Virus record (IMG/VR): IMGVR_UViG_3300031885_000015
Span: 1-60,447 of that record
Length of the DNA: 60,447 nt
From: a virus
Taxonomy: Duplodnaviria > Caudoviricetes
Direction: 5' to 3' (one strand)
Each line of letters opens with the position of its first letter. The first letter of the stretch is position 1. This document shows, piece by piece, positions 46,754-57,166 of the stretch. Position numbers and translations under genes: made by a program. Under the pieces are notes generated by a model. It saw only the letters and a list, made by a program, of their open reading frames with translations. It was not told the origin of the DNA and ran no database searches.

Positions 46754-49700
46754 CTAGGCCCCCCTCCTTTGATCCTCTTTTACTCTTATGAAGTGCAGTC
46801 TACGCTCAAGCTCCTTCAGAGAGCGCTCATCCGCGATAAGAGTACCGACGTAGACAGGAGGCGAACCCTCCTGACTTCCCCTTCCTGGCAAGGTAGCTAT
46901 CACTCCAGCAAGCTCTGCAGCAATAACCTGAGCAAACGGTCTCAAAGCCTCTCGAGAGAGGGGTAGAACCGCTTCCCTACGATTCCCTTCTCCAATAGCT
47001 GCGATCTGAGGCCTTGTTATAACTCCCCCAGCTGCAAGGGTAGCTCCCCCGAACCTACCACTGCCTGTCGTGGGGACTTCAGTCTTTAAAGTAGTAGTGG
47101 TTGTAGTTGTTACCTTAGCTGCAGTAGTTGCTACCTTAGCCACGGTAGTGCTTGGGGCGACGGTGCCAGGAACACCAGTAGTACCGGGATCAGGTTTAGT
47201 ACCAGTAGGGCTTGGAGCAGCAGTACCAGTAGTACCAGCAGTACCAGAGGAGGCGGAGGTAGCTACTGAGGCTGTAGTCGTAGTTGTGGCAGCAGAGCCT
47301 CCACCTGCACCTACACCTCCAGCTGTGGTACCTCCACCTGCGCCTCCCTGGGAAGCACTCTGAAGTATTGCCTTTATCCTAGCAGCAATACCTTGTGCCA
47401 GACTGATAAGACGATTTCCAAGCGACCTCAAAGCATCAATCATAGGAGCTATTGCACTCGAGAACGAAGGAACGATCCCTCGGAATACAGAGCCTATGTC
47501 GACCACCCACTGCTTAAAGGAAGCTATCGCGTTGGCACACCACGTCTTGATGGTCTGCCAAGCGGTTGCAGCCCAGTTAGTTAGAGTAGCAGAGAGGTTC
47601 GTATCCCACGTTTTCACGGTGGTCCACGTCGTCAGAGCCCAGCTACTAAAAGAGGCTATGTTATTCGTGAACCATGTAGTGAAGTTGAAGGCGGCAGTAC
47701 CAAACCAGGTGGAGAAGCTATACTGGGTGTTGAAGCACCATGTCTTGATGGCAGTCCAGGTATTTGCTGCCCACATGGTAAATGCGCCCCAAGTATTGGA
47801 GGCCCATCCAGTGAGCGTGCCCAAAGTATTTGCTGCCCAAGTACTGAATGCGCCCCAAGTATTTGCCGCCCAAGTACTGAACGTGCCCCAGGTTCCTGTC
47901 ACCCATCCTTCAAAGGAAGCCCTGGTACTAGTGACCCAAGCCTGCAGGGATGCTCTGGTACTAGTGACCCAAGACTGAAGGGTGTCTCGCACATCTGACG
48001 TCCAACCTTGCAAGGCCGCCCTAGTGCTGGTCACCCAGCTACTGAGGCTTGCTCGAGTGTCGCTGACCCAACCTCCTAGATTTGCTCGAGTGTTAGTAAC
48101 CCAAGTCTCTATTGTAGTCCACGTGCCAGAGGCCCAGTTAGCTATGCTACCTCCTACACTGGCACACCAGTTCTTAAACGTAGTCAAAGTGTCAGAGCTC
48201 CAGTTCTTAAACGTAGTCCATGTGTTAGAGCTCCAGTTCTTAAACGTGTCCCAAGTATCGGAGGCCCACTGTGTGAACTTTTGCCAGGTTCGCGAAGTCC
48301 AGTCTGCAAAGCTACTCCAAGTTCTAGCTATCCAGTCCGTGATAGTGTTGTAAGTGTCAGAGCTCCAGTTCTTAAACGTAGTCCATGTGTTAGAGCTCCA
48401 GTTCTTAAACGTGTCCCAAGTATCGGAGGCCCACTGTGTGAACTTTTGCCAGGTTCGCGAAGTCCAGTTCTTAAACGTAGTCCATGTGTTAGAGCTCCAA
48501 CTCTTGAACGTGTCCCAAGTATCGGAGGCCCAAGTCTTTACCTTGGTGTAGACGTCTACGCACCAGTTGGCGAAGCTCCCCCAGGTCCTATCTACCCAGT
48601 TATGAACACGATCGACTGTGTCTGCTACCCAATCTCCAATCGACCTAGCTGTGTTCAGCACCCATTGTTTTACATCCCTATAAACCTCTGAAAGAGGACG
48701 TAGATCCAGGGTCTCTTTCAGCCACTGAGCAAAGCTCTTCATAGGAGGTAGTGCCATGTCTCCAACTCCCTTGAAGAACTTCGCTATGTCTGGAAGTACC
48801 TCAGGAAGTTTGAAGGCATCCTCTAGGTCCTTTAGATTAAGACCTGCACTGTCCAGCTCTTCAGGAATCTGATACACCTCGTCGAACGAAGCTACCATTC
48901 TCTTGTTGGCCTTCTCAGCACTATCCGCCATCGCAGCCAGCCCTGCAGACGTGTCTCCTAGCCACTTGTTATATCTGGCTATATCATCTTCGTAGCCTGA
49001 AGCGAACACAGGTTCAAGTGCTCCTTGTGTATTGAGTCCATACAAGTCAAGTAGGCTACCAGTAAGCCGTCGGATCCAGCCCTGCACGGCTCGAGATTGC
49101 AGCGCAAGAGACAGCAGAGCTGAAGCAACAACAAGTATCAGTGCAGTAATGGGGTTCTTGGCCATCGCTATATACAACGCCTGAACGGCACCAGTAAGCA
49201 TACGTATTCCAGCTGCTGCTCCACTGGCAACATACAGCAGCTTGATAGCTCCAACAAGACCTAGAACTGCTACTCGGGTTGCTGCTGCTACCCACAGAGC
49301 ACCAAGAGCATAGCCAAACCAGCGTGCTAGAGGAGTAGCTCGAGCTAACCATTCAGCCAGCACAGCTACACTGCGTGCTGCTCCAGCTAGTATAGGTAGA
49401 GCAACCTGTAGAGTCCGCAGAAAGAGCTCACTAGCCGTACCTAGCACTGAGACTAGCGCATTGCGCAGTAGCTTGAAGCTACCAACGAGTGAGCCGACCG
49501 CCACGATAGCCAGTCGTACCGTAGCCTGAGCTTTAGGTGATACTATACTCTCAAACAGTGCTCCGACCCCACCACGACGCATCAGGCTCCTAGCCCAGTT
49601 CAGCCAATCTCTTAGCTCCTTCAGACGAACACCGATAGCTGTGTACATTCCAGTGAAAAGACTCCTACCAATCAGGAGTAGGTTATCTCTGATCGTGCTG

Positions 49701-50500
49701 ATGACGCCCTTAGTGGTCTCTGCAATTAGCGCAGAGGCACCTCCATACCTCTTCTCTATACCTTTCAGCAATGCAGCGATACCAACGTCAGCAGGTATCT
49801 TTAGCTCAGCACCGATATGCTCCATTTGGTGCGCCGTGAGCTTTAGTTCCTGCTGGAGTATCTCGAAAGCTGGTATTCCCGCTTGAGCAAGCTGAATCAA
49901 CTCACGAGCAGCTACAACGCCTCTTGTATGGATCTCACCAAAGGCTTTGGTGATCCTATTCAAGACGTCTTCTTCTGCTCCCATCAAAGAAGCAGCATCC
50001 GTGATTGCCCTCAGCGTTGGTATGACAGTCTCTGCAGCGAAGCCCATGGCCATAAGTCTCTGAGCAGCAACCTGAGCGTCCTTCATCTGAAAGGGGGTCA
50101 CAGCTGCAAAGTCTTCCAGTAAGCCTAGGAATACCTTGGCCTCAGACTTGGACCTCAGCATTAGACCAAAAGAGACCGCTGCAGCTTCCATGTCTTGACT
50201 AAATTGAAACAGCTCTGTAGAAGCTTGCCTAATCACGTTTATGAGCCGATAGAACCCCTGCGCAATCAAGATACCAGTGACGACCTTAGACATGTCCTTT
50301 ATATAGCCTCGAGTGGTCCACGTTAACCTCTCTACAGCATCGCCAGTTTTGCTGATCGCAGCCTGGGGCTGCGTCCCCAGAGAGGAGGACATCTGACTTC
50401 CAGCCTCAGCAGCTGCCTGCATTGCACCCTGAAGTCCTGCTCGAAACTCTTGAGCTCGCAGGGAGAGGTTCGCATACAGATCCCCAACTCTCATCGACAT
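46754..50500 (-). CDS. Tape measure protein
   Basis: FAAVTPF tape domain, Trp-periodic 11-aa repeats, LAAGG..IGEG..EAVLPL. Confidence 0.93.
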   Translation of the reverse strand: MSMRVGDLYANLSLRAQEFRAGLQGAMQAAAEAGSQMSSSLGTQPQAAISKTGDAVERLTWTTRGYIKDMSKVVTGILIAQGFYRLINVIRQASTELFQFSQDMEAAAVSFGLMLRSKSEAKVFLGLLEDFAAVTPFQMKDAQVAAQRLMAMGFAAETVIPTLRAITDAASLMGAEEDVLNRITKAFGEIHTRGVVAARELIQLAQAGIPAFEILQQELKLTAHQMEHIGAELKIPADVGIAALLKGIEKRYGGASALIAETTKGVISTIRDNLLLIGRSLFTGMYTAIGVRLKELRDWLNWARSLMRRGGVGALFESIVSPKAQATVRLAIVAVGSLVGSFKLLRNALVSVLGTASELFLRTLQVALPILAGAARSVAVLAEWLARATPLARWFGYALGALWVAAATRVAVLGLVGAIKLLYVASGAAAGIRMLTGAVQALYIAMAKNPITALILVVASALLSLALQSRAVQGWIRRLTGSLLDLYGLNTQGALEPVFASGYEDDIARYNKWLGDTSAGLAAMADSAEKANKRMVASFDEVYQIPEELDSAGLNLKDLEDAFKLPEVLPDIAKFFKGVGDMALPPMKSFAQWLKETLDLRPLSEVYRDVKQWVLNTARSIGDWVADTVDRVHNWVDRTWGSFANWCVDVYTKVKTWASDTWDTFKSWSSNTWTTFKNWTSRTWQKFTQWASDTWDTFKNWSSNTWTTFKNWSSDTYNTITDWIARTWSSFADWTSRTWQKFTQWASDTWDTFKNWSSNTWTTFKNWSSDTLTTFKNWCASVGGSIANWASGTWTTIETWVTNTRANLGGWVSDTRASLSSWVTSTRAALQGWTSDVRDTLQSWVTSTRASLQAWVTSTRASFEGWVTGTWGTFSTWAANTWGAFSTWAANTLGTLTGWASNTWGAFTMWAANTWTAIKTWCFNTQYSFSTWFGTAAFNFTTWFTNNIASFSSWALTTWTTVKTWDTNLSATLTNWAATAWQTIKTWCANAIASFKQWVVDIGSVFRGIVPSFSSAIAPMIDALRSLGNRLISLAQGIAARIKAILQSASQGGAGGGTTAGGVGAGGGSAATTTTTASVATSASSGTAGTTGTAAPSPTGTKPDPGTTGVPGTVAPSTTVAKVATTAAKVTTTTTTTLKTEVPTTGSGRFGGATLAAGGVITRPQIAAIGEGNRREAVLPLSREALRPFAQVIAAELAGVIATLPGRGSQEGSPPVYVGTLIADERSLKELERRLHFIRVKEDQRRGA

Positions 50501-50515
50501 GCAAACCCCTCCCTG

Positions 50516-50734
50516 TCACAGAATTTGGTCTATGAACGCAACCTTCCTCGTCTCCTGTGCCTCTGAACTAGACATGAGCTCCGTGTGTACACCACATAGA
50601 GTCTGTAGCCTACGAGGCGTACACGCCCAGAACTCTCGCTCTGACATCCTCAGTACTACAGTGCCTATATAGTAGAGGAAGGGCCAGTTCCACCCGTCGT
50701 CCTCTTCAGCGGCGACGGGGCTACTTCGTTTCCC
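50516..50734 (-). CDS. Tail assembly chaperone -1 frameshift extension (gpGT-like)
   Basis: GGGAAAC slippery site at 50728-50734; -1 frame reads WNWPFLYYIGTVVLRMSEREFWACTPRRL. Confidence 0.8.
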   Translation of the reverse strand, partial: GKRSSPVAAEEDDGWNWPFLYYIGTVVLRMSEREFWACTPRRLQTLCGVHTELMSSSEAQETRKVAFIDQIL

Positions 50735-51099
50735 CCTGCAGCTACCCTGACCGCTTCAGCTGTCTTAGCTGGAGCTGCTTCAGGAGGCTTCTCCGCAGGT
50801 TCCTCAGGAAGAGCAATCTGAGTAGCCTCCATGATCAACTCAGTGAGTTCCTTAATGCCTGCAAAGCCAACCCAAGCCCCTACGTCTTCTGGCTTAAGCT
50901 CTTTGTCCTCGTGGACCAGCCCGGCCCACAGAAGATCCCTCACCGCTCTAGCACTTCCGCTCTGTAGAGCATCGAAGACTGCAGTGATGGAGCCATACAG
51001 ATCCTCAAGGCGAGCAAAGGCGTTCAGATCATACTTCAGGTGGCGTTCCTTATCCAGTAGAACAGGAACTTGTCTCGCTAGTACTTTGCCTACGTTCAT
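50665..51099 (-). CDS. Tail assembly chaperone (gpG-like)
   Basis: LDKERHLKYDLNAF..LE; between MTP and TMP. Confidence 0.85.
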   Translation of the reverse strand: MNVGKVLARQVPVLLDKERHLKYDLNAFARLEDLYGSITAVFDALQSGSARAVRDLLWAGLVHEDKELKPEDVGAWVGFAGIKELTELIMEATQIALPEEPAEKPPEAAPAKTAEAVRVAAGGNEVAPSPLKRTTGGTGPSSTI

Positions 51100-51169
51100 G
51101 GCCACACCTCCCAACCCAAGCTAAACCTGCTGATTCTAGACAGCTCTAAGTGGCTACCTACGAGGAACT

Positions 51170-52066
51170 CTATGCGATTGTGGTGAAGTCGGTGACCTTG
51201 TTCTGAGCCAAGTGGTTACCTGCGAGATCCTTCACATTGGAGGTTGCAACTGCTATATAAGCAGTGCTGTTACCAAGACTACCCGTGGGGTTGAGGGTTA
51301 CTATAGTGTGAAGGCCGTTGATACTGAGGTCTGCAGCAACTAGAGTCCCATCAGAGGCCTTGATCAGGAAGAAGTTGCTAGAACCGACATCAGAGGCATA
51401 GATAGCCTCGCTGAAGGTCCACACCACGTTGGCGGTGATGGCGACATCTATTGCGCCATCTAGTGGCAAAATAGTGGCCGTGGGAGCAGTTATATCAGGT
51501 GCACCCTCTACTGCGAGGAACCAGTTAGTACCCGTTTCAGCAACATAGTCTGGGTGATCGGTGTCGGCCTGCTTAATCCAAGCCTCGTCGTGGTCGCGCT
51601 TCACAAACCTAGCCGCCAGAGTTGGCGTCTGGAAGTTAACCTCATCGCCTTTGGTCTCGTGCTTCATCTCAGGGACCGAGAACTTGCCCTTATGGAGCCA
51701 CACGTACCGATACGCTCCATTAGACTTAAGGGATCTGAAGCCTATGGCTACCCAAGGAGCTATGTCACTAGCTCCACGAGTCATGACTCCACCCACCACA
51801 GTGTGTCCGAGCAGAACTGCCTGAGTGTCTGTGTCGAAATCAGACGCTATGAGCTCTAGCTCGATCTCTCCCAAGATGGAAGCGATCTCCATAGGCCCAT
51901 CATCAGCGAAGAGGGTCTCCAGCTTTGGGTTCGGGTTGATGTTCGCCTGGATCGCTCCCACGACCGCCACTGGGGTGTCATACGTTACACCGCCAGTGGT
52001 GTCTGTTAGCAGGAGGGCGTAATGGAGGTCCTTCAAACCTACAACAGTACCTGGCATCTGACTCAC
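51170..52066 (-). CDS. Major tail protein (phi13 family) with C-terminal Ig-like domain
   Basis: GLKDLHYA, LFADDG, YRYVWLHKGKF; DITAPT..FSE..VKDLAGN. Confidence 0.9.
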   Translation of the reverse strand: MSQMPGTVVGLKDLHYALLLTDTTGGVTYDTPVAVVGAIQANINPNPKLETLFADDGPMEIASILGEIELELIASDFDTDTQAVLLGHTVVGGVMTRGASDIAPWVAIGFRSLKSNGAYRYVWLHKGKFSVPEMKHETKGDEVNFQTPTLAARFVKRDHDEAWIKQADTDHPDYVAETGTNWFLAVEGAPDITAPTATILPLDGAIDVAITANVVWTFSEAIYASDVGSSNFFLIKASDGTLVAADLSINGLHTIVTLNPTGSLGNSTAYIAVATSNVKDLAGNHLAQNKVTDFTTIA

Positions 52067-52071
52067 TCCTT

Positions 52072-52464
52072 TTAGTCTCGATAGGTTATGATCAAGAAGC
52101 TAAAAGCGAACACTACGCGACCGTTCTTATCAACGGTGAGTTTAAAGGGATTATGCTGTGCACTAATCACCCCCCAACGGACGCTTGTCAGCCCTACAAT
52201 CCGGTCTAGAGGCTTATCAAGTAGCCTAAAGATACTCATAATCTTATCTCGAGCTGCTGCATAGCTTGTATTTCTCACCTGGATCTGAACTGACCGAGAG
52301 ACCGCATCCACGCCAGTGGTTGTACCAAATCCTGCAGACTCGAACGCCACAACCACGTTATCTGGGGTGTCAGGCAGATTATCCCGAAAGTAATCCACCC
52401 CATCATTCAATACTATGCTATTTAACTTCAGATACGCCCCAAGATCCTGCAACAAGTTAGCCAC
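52072..52464 (-). CDS. Tail terminator / minor capsid-family protein
   Basis: Synteny; PDTPD..QIQVR. Confidence 0.7.
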   Translation of the reverse strand: MANLLQDLGAYLKLNSIVLNDGVDYFRDNLPDTPDNVVVAFESAGFGTTTGVDAVSRSVQIQVRNTSYAAARDKIMSIFRLLDKPLDRIVGLTSVRWGVISAQHNPFKLTVDKNGRVVFAFSFLIITYRD

Positions 52465-53017
52465 TTGCTACACTCCTCTGGAACGCGCGCCTGATTCTCT
52501 GACCAATCCGCGCAGACATGGTAGGCCCGAGGGGAGCCCCCCCTCGAGTCAGTACAGTCCCAGTGGAGGGCGCTGTAGTCATCTGCCTAGAGCTCCCCTT
52601 GAAGAAGCCTGCTCCACCCGCAGCATACCATATAGGATCCGATAAGTATCTCGCCTTTCCTATCGCATGAAACGCTGCCAAGTCTTCGTGGACCGTGACA
52701 GCATACTCTCTAGCATGCTGTCCTGTCTTGGGGTTGATAACACTATGCTCCCCCCCGTACCCAAAGGTCACCTTGGCTTCCTCATCATCCTGCTTAGGCG
52801 ATTCTACGTAGCCACTCTCCTGCAAGGCCCCCGTATCTACTGGGACCTCGTCGAAGCTTTTTAGCATTATTCGAATGGCCTCCTCCTCCAGGGCAGGCCC
52901 AGTAAGCTCCATAGCGTATCTCAATATTCTTCGGAGGTTAGCCTCCATACCCTGTAGCCCTTGCATCTCGAACCCTATTCGAACCCCCCGGTATCTAGCC
53001 ATACGTCTTGCCATCAT
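52457..53017 (-). CDS. HK97 gp10-like neck protein
   Basis: VPVDTGALQES, YAVTVHE. Confidence 0.75.
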   Translation of the reverse strand: MMARRMARYRGVRIGFEMQGLQGMEANLRRILRYAMELTGPALEEEAIRIMLKSFDEVPVDTGALQESGYVESPKQDDEEAKVTFGYGGEHSVINPKTGQHAREYAVTVHEDLAAFHAIGKARYLSDPIWYAAGGAGFFKGSSRQMTTAPSTGTVLTRGGAPLGPTMSARIGQRIRRAFQRSVASG

Positions 53018-53337
53018 AGATACACCTCGATGTAGTCAACGTCACCTCTCTCGTTCTTGTAAGGAGCAATGTGGAGGATCGGCGGCTGTCTTCCATCAGG
53101 TAGTACTAGCCGATCCTTCAAAGTTATGGCTCTCGTATCAGTGGTGCTGTCCAAATACACAGTCCAGTTAGACACAACTTCATTGCCAGAGTCATCCCGT
53201 ACCATGGTTTGCTTACCTTGGATAGAGCACGCAAGCTGCTTGCCCACCGCGTACGTAGCTTCTCCAGCCCCATCTACGGACTTAAGAGATTGTAGGGTTA
53301 TCGCGTCGTGGAGCCAATCAACCAAGGTCTTGTCCAC
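53014..53337 (-). CDS. Head closure protein
   Basis: Synteny and size. Confidence 0.65.
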   Translation of the reverse strand: MDKTLVDWLHDAITLQSLKSVDGAGEATYAVGKQLACSIQGKQTMVRDDSGNEVVSNWTVYLDSTTDTRAITLKDRLVLPDGRQPPILHIAPYKNERGDVDYIEVYL

Positions 53338-53367
53338 AGATAAGCACCTCTGTGTGAAAAGCTAGCT

Positions 53368-53766
53368 TTACACGTTCCTCATCAAATCCGTCGTGAATAG
53401 GGGCTGCCGGAGACTAGAATCAGCCTCGTCACTATCCTTATCTGCTACTGCCATATTACCTGCGTAGGGAACGCGACAGCCCAAGGCTTTCCTCCGTAGT
53501 TCCTTAGCGAGCTCCATGTATCTCTGCGACCTCGCTTCAGCCTCAAGCCGCAGAGATCCTAACTGCCTGGTAACCTCCCGTGCAAACTTTCTAGCCAGAA
53601 ACTCGCAGCACCGAGCCGCTGCTCCATACAGATTGGCCTCCACACTGATGGCGTACGTGATCTCGGCATCCGTGAGCTGAGGATCACTCTGGGTAGTATC
53701 ACCAATCTCCAAGCGAGTAGCGTCTATAGCGTTATTTGCAGGATCACCACCATAAGTCCAGCTCAT
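53368..53766 (-). CDS. Head-tail adaptor
   Basis: RLEIGDT..LTDAEI. Confidence 0.75.
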   Translation of the reverse strand: MSWTYGGDPANNAIDATRLEIGDTTQSDPQLTDAEITYAISVEANLYGAAARCCEFLARKFAREVTRQLGSLRLEAEARSQRYMELAKELRRKALGCRVPYAGNMAVADKDSDEADSSLRQPLFTTDLMRNV

Positions 53767-53788
53767 CTAGCTCACCCACTCTCCAGAA

Positions 53789-53812
53789 GTGGGGGAGGGA
53801 GGCCTCCCCCAC
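53789..53812 (-). terminator. Hairpin after the major capsid gene
   Basis: GTGGGGGAGG/CCTCCCCCAC stem. Confidence 0.55.
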
Positions 53813-53829
53813 CCCCTGAAGTTACCACG

Positions 53830-54807
53830 TTACGCCACGGCATCGATGAAGAACCCACCAAGCTCTGCCGCGACTACCTTCTGATCGAAGGCCATCTCGC
53901 CTTCAATTCGCTCGGTACCCAGGCCGTGGAGAGGGACCGGTATACGAAGTACCCGGTTGCCATACGCTCCAGCTCCCATCAGGCCACTCCACACGAAGTT
54001 GTAGCCTGCAGAAGGAGTCTTGAGGGCGGGCCTAGGAGCCGCATAGCACAGGAAAGCGTGCTTACCAAGGATGAAGCTGTTGGCCTCTGCAGCCTTTCTC
54101 GCTGCAGTGTTCTTGACAGACTCAGCGATAAGCACCTGCTCAACGTCGAAGAGCGCAGCAAGCAACTCAGGAGTCACAATCCCTCTCTGAGTGTACTTGA
54201 TCCGCTCCAGGATCGAAGGATGGTTCTTAAGCTGCTTGTACACTCTAACGCTCAAGACGAGCCTGTTAGCCTTCTGGCCAGTCTTCTCAAGGATGTCAAC
54301 CTGCATTGTATCAACATCCGTGATCGGAGTGGCTCCAGCCAGATGCCACTGCAAGAACTGGTTAGCTTCAGGAGCTTCTAGGACACCAGTCTTCTCTGTA
54401 TTCCACACGCCAGGCACGAAGAACTTGGAGGCCCAGAGAACCTCTCTACGAATCATCAGCTTTTGGGTGACGAACTCGGTGGCATCCTGATCAGGATTAA
54501 GCGGAACATCACTGTTCTGCCGGTCCTCTTCAGTGACATCCTTGTGGTATGCGTACTTCCTGCAGAAGTAGTTTGGGGTGTTATCAATCTCATAGTCGCC
54601 ACCAGCAGACTCCGCATCAGGAGCCCTTTCTGCAGCCTCGTCACGGAAGAAATCTTCACGCTTGTACAGGAAGTACCGATCCGACTGCTTCACTACTGGC
54701 ACGTTCGGGAAGACTCTGTCAGCAATGAATGCACTTGGGGCCTGGAAATACGCCACACTGATGTTGGTCAGCGCTTGGTCAATATGGACCTGTTGACGAG
54801 TCGGCAT
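53830..54807 (-). CDS. Major capsid protein
   Basis: HIDQALTNISVAY..FIADRVFP.VPV.KQSD.Y. Confidence 0.9.
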   Translation of the reverse strand: MPTRQQVHIDQALTNISVAYFQAPSAFIADRVFPNVPVVKQSDRYFLYKREDFFRDEAAERAPDAESAGGDYEIDNTPNYFCRKYAYHKDVTEEDRQNSDVPLNPDQDATEFVTQKLMIRREVLWASKFFVPGVWNTEKTGVLEAPEANQFLQWHLAGATPITDVDTMQVDILEKTGQKANRLVLSVRVYKQLKNHPSILERIKYTQRGIVTPELLAALFDVEQVLIAESVKNTAARKAAEANSFILGKHAFLCYAAPRPALKTPSAGYNFVWSGLMGAGAYGNRVLRIPVPLHGLGTERIEGEMAFDQKVVAAELGGFFIDAVA

Positions 54808-54874
54808 CCAACCTCACTCCTTTCTCAGAACCTTCATGTAGCTAGCAGTCAGCGAAGCCTTCAGCTTCGCAGAC

Positions 54875-55633
54875 TTACTTCTCAATCACCAGGAGCAGCA
54901 CACCAGCACCGTCGGTGAACGGGTCAGCCGTGTCAGCAACCACGATACTGATCGTATCGTCAGCCGCGAACGCGTTGGTTGCCGTGATCTCGGTGGCGTC
55001 GATAACCTTACCCAACGTATCTGGATCCGTACCAGCACCACCGACGTCTAGAGCCAGCTCTCCACCGGTCACAGGCGCAGCGCCAATCAGGAGGCTGACA
55101 ACGCAGTTACAGTCAGCAGCATCGGTGGTAGGAGTAGTCACCAGGAAGGATAGTTTCTTCAGCGACCCTGCGAAGCCTGGAGTGTACGCAGTCATGGCAT
55201 CCATATCATCCAGGCTGACGAGAGTCACCGGGATTACCAGAATGGAGGGAGCTGACGCGACGCCAGTGGTGCCTGTTGCCGTCCTGGTTACCAACAGTAC
55301 GGTGTGGACCTCGTTGAGGGAACCAGCCTCACGGGCGACTGCGATGACGCAGTCATCACCACCAGCTGTCACGAGTCTACCAGCAGCGTCGGGCGTAAGG
55401 TTCGAGCCTGCGTCAACGGCCCCTCCGTATACCGCAAAGCTCTCCCCTAGTACCATGACATTACCAGCCTGGCCCAATGCAGGAGTGTCCTGCAGGATGC
55501 CGACCGCATTCTCTCCAGCTCCCGCGAGCGCAGCCTCTCCGTTAGCGTCCAACTTCACAGCACAGTGTTGCTTGCTGCTTAGATCAGCAGCAGCAATGGT
55601 CGTGATAGCTTGAAGTGGAATCCTATACGACAC
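54875..55633 (-). CDS. Capsid decoration/cement protein with C-terminal extension
   Basis: AAADLS..AVKLD..AGAG..VGILQ; between scaffold and MCP. Confidence 0.7.
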   Translation of the reverse strand: MSYRIPLQAITTIAAADLSSKQHCAVKLDANGEAALAGAGENAVGILQDTPALGQAGNVMVLGESFAVYGGAVDAGSNLTPDAAGRLVTAGGDDCVIAVAREAGSLNEVHTVLLVTRTATGTTGVASAPSILVIPVTLVSLDDMDAMTAYTPGFAGSLKKLSFLVTTPTTDAADCNCVVSLLIGAAPVTGGELALDVGGAGTDPDTLGKVIDATEITATNAFAADDTISIVVADTADPFTDGAGVLLLVIEK

Positions 55634-56564
55634 CTGGTTCACCTCCCTGCTCCTGCTCTTTCTGGTACTCGGCGTAGAGAGCAGGATCTGCATTCATGAC
55701 CTGGGTCCGAGCCTGCTCGACCGTCAGCTTAGCAGCACTCTTCAGGACAAGCTCGTCAGCTTTCTTACAGATCTTGTCCCATGCGCTACCGACCTCACCC
55801 CTGGCATCCGTACCAACAGTCTTGAAGAGCTGACTCTTACTCAGAGCAGTGCTAGCATCTCGAAGCACTGGCTCCAGCTTAGAGTAGGCCTCAGGGGCCT
55901 TCTCAGCAAGGCTCTTCAACACCAGAGCAAGCTCCTCGGCCTTCATAGGAAGACACTCGAACTCCCGTGCCTTCTCTAGGTATTCTTTGCCAAGTCGCTG
56001 CTCTCTCTCAGCCTCAGCCAGCTTCTGAGCCTTCCCAGTGAGCTCCACCTGCTCCTCGAACCTCTTGCGGACTTCTGGATGTACGCCCTTCCAGATGTCC
56101 TCTGCCTCAGGGGCCTTGGCCTTCGTGAGGTCACCCACCTGCTTCGTGAGGTCACTCACCTGCTTCTGCAGGTTTTCTGCCTCAGTGGCCTTCTTCGTGA
56201 GGTCATCTACCTGTTTTTGCAGGGCTTCTGCTGCAGCAACCTTCTTCTCGAGCTCCTCGAGATAGGCCTTGACTGGATCAGGTAGAGCCTTCCTGATGTC
56301 TTCTGGAAGCATGAGATCACGCTCCTTTCCACCGGTAATACCAAACAGATCCTGAACCTGCTTTCGCAGGACAGCGTCCTGGAGGACACTCTTTATCAGC
56401 CCAACTGCCTTCTGAAGCACATCACCTCCTGAGCCGAGATTAGCATCTTGGCTGTCGATATCGTCGTCAGACTTTACAAGCACAACCCTAGCTTCCTCGC
56501 AGGCTGGCTCGGTCACGGATCCTAGAGTGTTGATCCTAAGGTTCCTCAAAAGTGCTGGCATCAC
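55623..56564 (-). CDS. Scaffold protein (possible internal start at 56312)
   Basis: Coiled-coil heptads; internal GGAAAGGAG RBS. Confidence 0.75.
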   Translation of the reverse strand: MMPALLRNLRINTLGSVTEPACEEARVVLVKSDDDIDSQDANLGSGGDVLQKAVGLIKSVLQDAVLRKQVQDLFGITGGKERDLMLPEDIRKALPDPVKAYLEELEKKVAAAEALQKQVDDLTKKATEAENLQKQVSDLTKQVGDLTKAKAPEAEDIWKGVHPEVRKRFEEQVELTGKAQKLAEAEREQRLGKEYLEKAREFECLPMKAEELALVLKSLAEKAPEAYSKLEPVLRDASTALSKSQLFKTVGTDARGEVGSAWDKICKKADELVLKSAAKLTVEQARTQVMNADPALYAEYQKEQEQGGEPGVV

Positions 56565-57166
56565 CCCACCTCCAACCGTGTCGCAGTCCCTGTGATCGAA
56601 AAACCTTTGTAGATCCCTTCCTTATGCTTCCTATAGACCTCCTTGTCTGGGATATGTATTCCTACGAACCAGCCTCGCTTTCCTACCGGTGGCGGAGAGC
56701 CTGGGAACATGGCCTTAAGGATGTCGTCTGTCACCACCAGAGACTGCACGAACCTGGAGGAGGGTACGATACGCCGGTGCATCTCGTCGTGCAGCGGAGC
56801 CTTCATGAACTCAATGACTGCTTTTTCTAGCTCTCTGTCCTCTACTATGTCCTTCTGCGTGTCAGTGTATGGTTGACCTCCCACTTTCGTGACCGAGCCC
56901 CATCCATACACCACTTGCTGGACATCATCGAGCTTGGAGACCTCTACGTAGGCCTCCCAATTCAAGATCTTGCTAACCCACTCACCCTTATCATTTTTGG
57001 ACCAGCCAGCGTCTTTCAGTCCACTCCAGGCTACCTGAGCTGCCTTGGCGTCATCATGATACTGCTGATAAGCGCTGTTGAATATCCTTCTCCAAGTAGA
57101 CTGAGCCTCGCCTGGTAGCGAATTTCTCACGCCTTCAGGAAGCTCCGAGTCGCTACTATACGGCAC
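56561..57166 (-). CDS. ChaB-XkdF-like prohead protease
   Basis: MPYSSDSELPEGVR..AW (ChaB); VYGW..DTQKD..EMH..YKGFSI. Confidence 0.82.
   Translation of the reverse strand: MPYSSDSELPEGVRNSLPGEAQSTWRRIFNSAYQQYHDDAKAAQVAWSGLKDAGWSKNDKGEWVSKILNWEAYVEVSKLDDVQQVVYGWGSVTKVGGQPYTDTQKDIVEDRELEKAVIEFMKAPLHDEMHRRIVPSSRFVQSLVVTDDILKAMFPGSPPPVGKRGWFVGIHIPDKEVYRKHKEGIYKGFSITGTATRLEVG

Noticed and set aside
47500-48700. DNA repeats in the TMP gene as a DGR or array
   Set aside because: Ordinary Trp-periodic tape-measure repeats; no reverse transcriptase in the genome
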